A stretch of 64,000 nucleotides of DNA from a bacterium (GTDB lineage Bacteria; Fidelibacterota; Fidelibacteria; Fidelibacterales; Fidelibacteraceae): positions 1,280,001 through 1,344,000 of the forward strand of contig OY781066.1 in NCBI GenBank assembly GCA_963676395.1. Direction: 5' to 3'. Positions 60,154 through 64,000 of this stretch are shown here, in pieces. How positions within the stretch are numbered: the first letter of the stretch is position 1; each line of letters opens with the position of its first letter. The translations under genes and the position numbers were made by a program. The notes below the pieces were generated by a model that saw nothing but the letters and a program-made list of their open reading frames with translations, did not search any database and had not been told where the DNA came from.

Positions 60154-60951
60154 ATGAAGGGAAGCAGTAAAATGAAGTGTTTAAACACGGGAAAGTTACA
60201 CGGTACAGCGGTATTTCTTGATATTAGAAATTTTCTTGGTATATCGGGATTGCTGCAGGATGAAAAAATATGTAGTTTTGTTATTGAGGTAATGGAGCCA
60301 CTTTCAAAATGTGTTGTCAAGCACAGGGGGCGAGTTTGCCAAATACAGGGGGACGGTATTATGGCTGTATTTGATAGCAAAGAGTCACCGGGACACGCTA
60401 TTTCAGCAGTAGAATGTGCTTTAGAGATGCAAAGCATTCTTAATAAATTAAATCCAATAGACATGTCGGGTGTGCGCATTCCTCTTAAAGCAAGAATTGG
60501 TGTATGCTCGGGTGAAATGTATGCTTGTTATCTTAATGTTCAAGATCGTAAAGAATACCTTATTCTTGGAAAGAGTGTCAATCTTGCATCTCGCTATCAG
60601 AATATCAATAAGCACTACAACACAAAGATACTGGTGGATGAAACCGTCTTTACTTATATTAAACATGTGATCATTACCCGAAAGCTTGATGTTGTTAAAA
60701 TAGATGGCTGTTGTGAAGGTAAACAACTTTATGAAGTGCTTCATGATCGAAGAGAAGATGACGAGAAGCAGAGAATAAAGACACATTATGAAAAAGGCAT
60801 TATTTGTTATTTGCAAGAAAATTACGATGATGCCATTCATTGGTTTTCGGAAGTAGCCGAAGATACGGCTAGTTACCTGATGATAGAGCGATGTCGCGAG
60901 AAGAAGATCTTGAAAGATCTGAAAAAGAGCGAGACAGAGCCAAACAAATAA
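60154..60951 (+). CDS. Class III adenylate/guanylate cyclase domain protein with C-terminal TPR-like tail
   Basis: FLDIRNF, GDGIMAVF, RIGVCSG, GKSVNLASR. Confidence 0.85.
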   Translation: MKGSSKMKCLNTGKLHGTAVFLDIRNFLGISGLLQDEKICSFVIEVMEPLSKCVVKHRGRVCQIQGDGIMAVFDSKESPGHAISAVECALEMQSILNKLNPIDMSGVRIPLKARIGVCSGEMYACYLNVQDRKEYLILGKSVNLASRYQNINKHYNTKILVDETVFTYIKHVIITRKLDVVKIDGCCEGKQLYEVLHDRREDDEKQRIKTHYEKGIICYLQENYDDAIHWFSEVAEDTASYLMIERCREKKILKDLKKSETEPNK

Positions 60952-60960
60952 GAGGTGAAC

Positions 60961-62172
60961 ATGCAATATATTTTAGCAGCTGCAGGACTTGTTGTTGGTG
61001 CGGTAATTGTTTTGAGCATATATCAAATAATTATTAAAAAGAAAAACACTCATATTGAGGATCAAAAGATAGAGTTGCTCGAAGCTCAAAATACCATTAC
61101 ACGTTTGGAAATTGAAAAAGCAGGGTTGGAGAAAGAGATAGAACGACTGGATAAGCAAGCGGCTAAAGATGAAACCTTACAAAAATCGTTGAGTGAGCGC
61201 TTTGAAAATCTGGCTAATAAGATCTTTGATGAAAAAGATAAAAAAAGTACAGATAAGATTAAATTGGTTCTGGAACCCATTGAAAAAGATATCAATCATT
61301 TTCGCAAGAAAATCGAAGATATGAATAGCGGAACCGGTGAACGCATGGCTAAACTCAGTGAGCAAATCAAAAATTTACAGGATCTAAACCGCGAGATCAC
61401 CGAAGAAACCGCGAATCTTACCAAGGCCTTGAAAGGGGATGTAAAAAAACAGGGTAACTGGGGCGAATTGATTTTAGAGCGCTTGTTGGAAATGTCTGGA
61501 CTGAGAAAAAATATTGAATATGAAACTCAAACATCTGTGACCGATGAAAACGATCGTCGTCAATTGGATGTGCTAATTAAATTACCCGAAAACAAACATT
61601 TAATTATTGACTCCAAAGTATCAATTGTTGATTATGAAAAACTTGTAAAAGCAGATGATCCTGAGGAGATCGAAAAGCATAAAAAAACACTAAGTGTTTC
61701 GATCAAGGCACATATTGACGGATTGGCATCTAAGCATTATCAAACCATCAAGGGTATTAATTCCCCCGATTACGTATTTATGTTCATTCCGATTGAAGGA
61801 GCATTTTCGTCTGTTTTAGAAGACAGCATGTCACTCTATCAATATGCTATTAATAAGAATGTGATGATCGTGAGTCCAACAACTTTATTGGCAAGTTTGC
61901 GAACTGTATCGGCATTATGGCAGCAGGAGAATCAAACCAAGAATGCTTTAGATATCGCCAGTGAAAGTGGAAAGCTTTTAGATAAATTTTCATTGTTTTA
62001 CGAAGATTTTAAAAAGATCGGGCGACAGTTGCAAACGGTACAGAATTCATTTGACGATGCCGAAAACAAACTACAGACCGGGAAAGGCTCTTTGGTAAGC
62101 CGCGCCCAAAAAATCAAACAAATGGGCGCCAAAACGAGTAAGCAATTGCCGGAGGTGGTTGAGGAACGATAA
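60961..62172 (+). CDS. rmuC: DNA recombination protein RmuC
   Basis: N-terminal TM plus coiled coil, QGNWGELILE, IIDSKVS, DYVFMFIPIE, SPTTL; alternative GTG start 60955. Confidence 0.95.
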   Translation: MQYILAAAGLVVGAVIVLSIYQIIIKKKNTHIEDQKIELLEAQNTITRLEIEKAGLEKEIERLDKQAAKDETLQKSLSERFENLANKIFDEKDKKSTDKIKLVLEPIEKDINHFRKKIEDMNSGTGERMAKLSEQIKNLQDLNREITEETANLTKALKGDVKKQGNWGELILERLLEMSGLRKNIEYETQTSVTDENDRRQLDVLIKLPENKHLIIDSKVSIVDYEKLVKADDPEEIEKHKKTLSVSIKAHIDGLASKHYQTIKGINSPDYVFMFIPIEGAFSSVLEDSMSLYQYAINKNVMIVSPTTLLASLRTVSALWQQENQTKNALDIASESGKLLDKFSLFYEDFKKIGRQLQTVQNSFDDAENKLQTGKGSLVSRAQKIKQMGAKTSKQLPEVVEER

Positions 62173-62225
62173 AGGATGGACCATGGGGAGCCGATATGTT
62201 TGTTCCTTATAGTACAAAAAATATC

Positions 62226-62261
62226 AATAGCCTTGGGTTTAAATCCAGGGCTATTTATTTT
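62226..62261 (+). terminator. Palindromic hairpin, probable terminator after rmuC
   Basis: AATAGCCTTGGGTTT/AAATCCAGGGCTATT followed by TATTTT. Confidence 0.7.
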
Positions 62262-62289
62262 GTTAACGTTTCGAAATATTCAGTGTCTA
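62262..62289 (+). promoter_or_regulatory. Putative ECF-sigma autoregulatory promoter
   Basis: GTTAAC (62262-62267), 17 nt, GTCTA (62285-62289), directly upstream of the ECF sigma gene. Confidence 0.5.
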
Positions 62290-62312
62290 TTAAGTGAGTA
62301 ACAGGTTAGGAC

Positions 62313-62783
62313 ATGGTAAAAAAACGAGAATTCGAAAATTGGGTGAAGGAATACCATGACCGTATCTACGCAACGATCTTTCATATTGTGGGAAATGAGG
62401 ACGACGCTTTAGATGTCACACAAGATGTGTTTTTAAAGGCATATAAGAAACGTTCTTCTTTTCGCGGGGACTCGTCACCCTATACATGGCTAAGGCGCAT
62501 AGCGACCAATTATGCCTTGAATTTCGTGACACGAGGCAAGACGAAGCTGTGGAATGAGTATAAAGACTATGAACATGAAAATGTGGTAGAAGAAAAAGAA
62601 GAACGGGTCTTCCAAAAATCATGGCTGGATCATTTATCGAAAATGGAACGCCGGGTTCTGGAGCGTCGGGTTTTTGAAAAAATGAGTTTTCGTGAGCTTG
62701 CCGAGAAATTGGATACTTCTGAGAATTCGGCAAAAGTCCTTTACCACAAAGCAATAAAAAAACTGCAACAGGTAGTAAAATGA
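62313..62783 (+). CDS. ECF RNA polymerase sigma-70 factor
   Basis: Region 2 DALDVTQDVFLKAY..FRGDSSPYTWLRRIATN; region 4 SFRELAEKLDTSENSAKVLYHKA. Confidence 0.93.
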   Translation: MVKKREFENWVKEYHDRIYATIFHIVGNEDDALDVTQDVFLKAYKKRSSFRGDSSPYTWLRRIATNYALNFVTRGKTKLWNEYKDYEHENVVEEKEERVFQKSWLDHLSKMERRVLERRVFEKMSFRELAEKLDTSENSAKVLYHKAIKKLQQVVK

Positions 62784-63226
62784 AATGTGAACAAGTAAAA
62801 GAGCTGTTTCCCGAATTGGTGGAACACAAGGATAAATATCCCGATGCTACAGCGCATTTGGAAGCTTGTAGCGAATGCAAGACGCTCTTTCACATCTTTG
62901 AGAGTATTTCAGATGATGCAAAGGTTACACTTGCGCCAGAAAAACGAGAGATGAATTTTGAGATCATTCATAAGAAGATGAAACGACATGATAGAGTGGT
63001 ATTTACTCGCCGGATTTCATCGCTGGTAGCTGTGATGTTATTTGCCTTGGTAAGCATCTTTAATGTGAATTCATCTAGGCAGGTGACAGTGGCGGATATC
63101 TCGGACGAAGTGTTGTATCTTCAATCGGAAAGTATATCTGTGCCGAAAACAAGTTTGGATGATGAAGCTATCATCGCTTATCTGACACAATATGAGAACA
63201 TTGAAAATATTGGCGGACTGTTTTAG
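62780..63226 (+). CDS. zf-HC2 (ZAS) membrane anti-sigma factor
   Basis: MKCEQV..HLEACSEC motif, single TM, ATGA overlap with the ECF gene. Confidence 0.85.
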   Translation: MKCEQVKELFPELVEHKDKYPDATAHLEACSECKTLFHIFESISDDAKVTLAPEKREMNFEIIHKKMKRHDRVVFTRRISSLVAVMLFALVSIFNVNSSRQVTVADISDEVLYLQSESISVPKTSLDDEAIIAYLTQYENIENIGGLF

Positions 63227-63243
63227 GTCTGCGGGAGAATAAA

Positions 63244-63789
63244 ATGAAAAGATCGAGTACAATTATAATGGTTGCGGTATTGAGTATGGTAATGGTCATA
63301 GCACAGGGGCGACCTATGGATATGCCCGGAGAAGGAAGAGGACCGGGAAAAGGTTTAGGTAAATCAATCGCAGAGCAACCTTACTATCAGTATATGGTTT
63401 TTCGCATGACAGAAGAATTGGAATTGACCGCGGAGCAGGCGGAAAAATTATTTCCTCTCAACAGACCTTATCGTGATACTAAACATCAGCTACATATGCA
63501 GATGAATGAATTGAGTGAAGAGATATTTAATAAAGAAGATATCTCAAAAGCAGATCTTGAAAAATATCGCAAGAAATTACAAAGTCTACAGAAGAAGGAA
63601 ATTGAATTGGATGACAAGTTCTTTGATGAAGCCGGTACATTTTTGGCACCACAACAAGTTGCAAAATTGATGTTTTTTGAACCGCATTTCAGACGAGAAT
63701 TATCAAAAGAATTAAAAGATAGATACCCCGGAAAGAAGAAGGATAACAAGAAATTCTGGAAGAAAAACAATCAAAGGAGTAAAAAATGA
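63244..63789 (+). CDS. Periplasmic Spy/CpxP-like helical protein
   Basis: Signal peptide, Gly/Pro/Met-rich N-terminus, ELELTAEQ and FLAPQQ (LTxxQ-like) motifs. Confidence 0.7.
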   Translation: MKRSSTIIMVAVLSMVMVIAQGRPMDMPGEGRGPGKGLGKSIAEQPYYQYMVFRMTEELELTAEQAEKLFPLNRPYRDTKHQLHMQMNELSEEIFNKEDISKADLEKYRKKLQSLQKKEIELDDKFFDEAGTFLAPQQVAKLMFFEPHFRRELSKELKDRYPGKKKDNKKFWKKNNQRSKK

Positions 63790-64000
63790 AACGCAAATCA
63801 TTAACAATCGTACTTAGCCTTCTTCTTATAGTCGGTATCGCTTTTGCGGCACCCAACAGAAAAGGCTATAAGCAAAACAACGATGGTCCACGCAGGGAAC
63901 AGCGGGAATGTCTGTTGACAGATGCTGAACGTGAGGCAGTACAAGATGCCAAACGCAGCTATGAAAAAACTGTAATCCCAATGCGTGCCGATGTTAAAGT
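63786..64000 (+). CDS. Second periplasmic Spy/CpxP/ZraP-like protein; 3'-partial (absent from the ORF track)
   Basis: ATGA overlap; MKRKSLTIVLSLLLIVGIAFA signal peptide, then ..LLTDAEREAVQDAKRSYEKTVIPMRADVK, open to the window end. Confidence 0.65.
   Translation, partial: MKRKSLTIVLSLLLIVGIAFAAPNRKGYKQNNDGPRREQRECLLTDAEREAVQDAKRSYEKTVIPMRADVK

Noticed and set aside
59442..62172. Pycsar or other cyclic-nucleotide defence system around the cyclase
   Set aside because: No adjacent cNMP-binding TIR or TM effector; neighbours are a CBM9-like protein and RmuC
1..64000. CRISPR array, rRNA, IS or prophage genes
   Set aside because: No regularly spaced repeats, rRNA-like sequence, transposase or phage genes seen; all intergenic gaps are under about 350 nt

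Overview
An AT-rich bacterial chromosomal segment in which every supported gene (40 CDS, 2 tRNAs) lies on the + strand. It carries type IX secretion (T9SS) components together with ordinary Shine-Dalgarno motifs and sigma70-type promoters, which points to a non-Bacteroidota FCB-group organism such as Marinimicrobia or a Calditrichota-like lineage (inference). In order: the end of a surface-polysaccharide locus (Asn-synthase-like amidotransferase, CapA-like, Wzx, two GT4); a ~13-kb Lrp/AsnC-headed operon (T9SS cargo, TonB-dependent receptor, 1.09-kaa protein with an atypical CTD, PorV-like barrel, T9SS cargo); a T9SS-exported S8 protease; tRNA-Val, tkt, tRNA-Thr-mreBCD-mrdA-rodA; smpB-tyrS-tilS-hpt; ftsH-folP-cdaA running into a PorU-like C25 peptidase, a second PorV-like barrel, a lipoprotein, a mini SLBB protein and ahcY; pcrA-gph-EEP nuclease; rdgB-sprA-M28 peptidase-CBM9-like-class III cyclase-rmuC; and an ECF sigma/anti-sigma/Spy-like module. 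The best candidate for an undescribed system is the SusD-less TonB receptor + T9SS partner + dedicated PorV cassette, which looks like a protein/peptide-utilisation locus and is preceded by a structured leader with a Trp-Trp small ORF. All calls come from reading motifs by eye; no searches were run.
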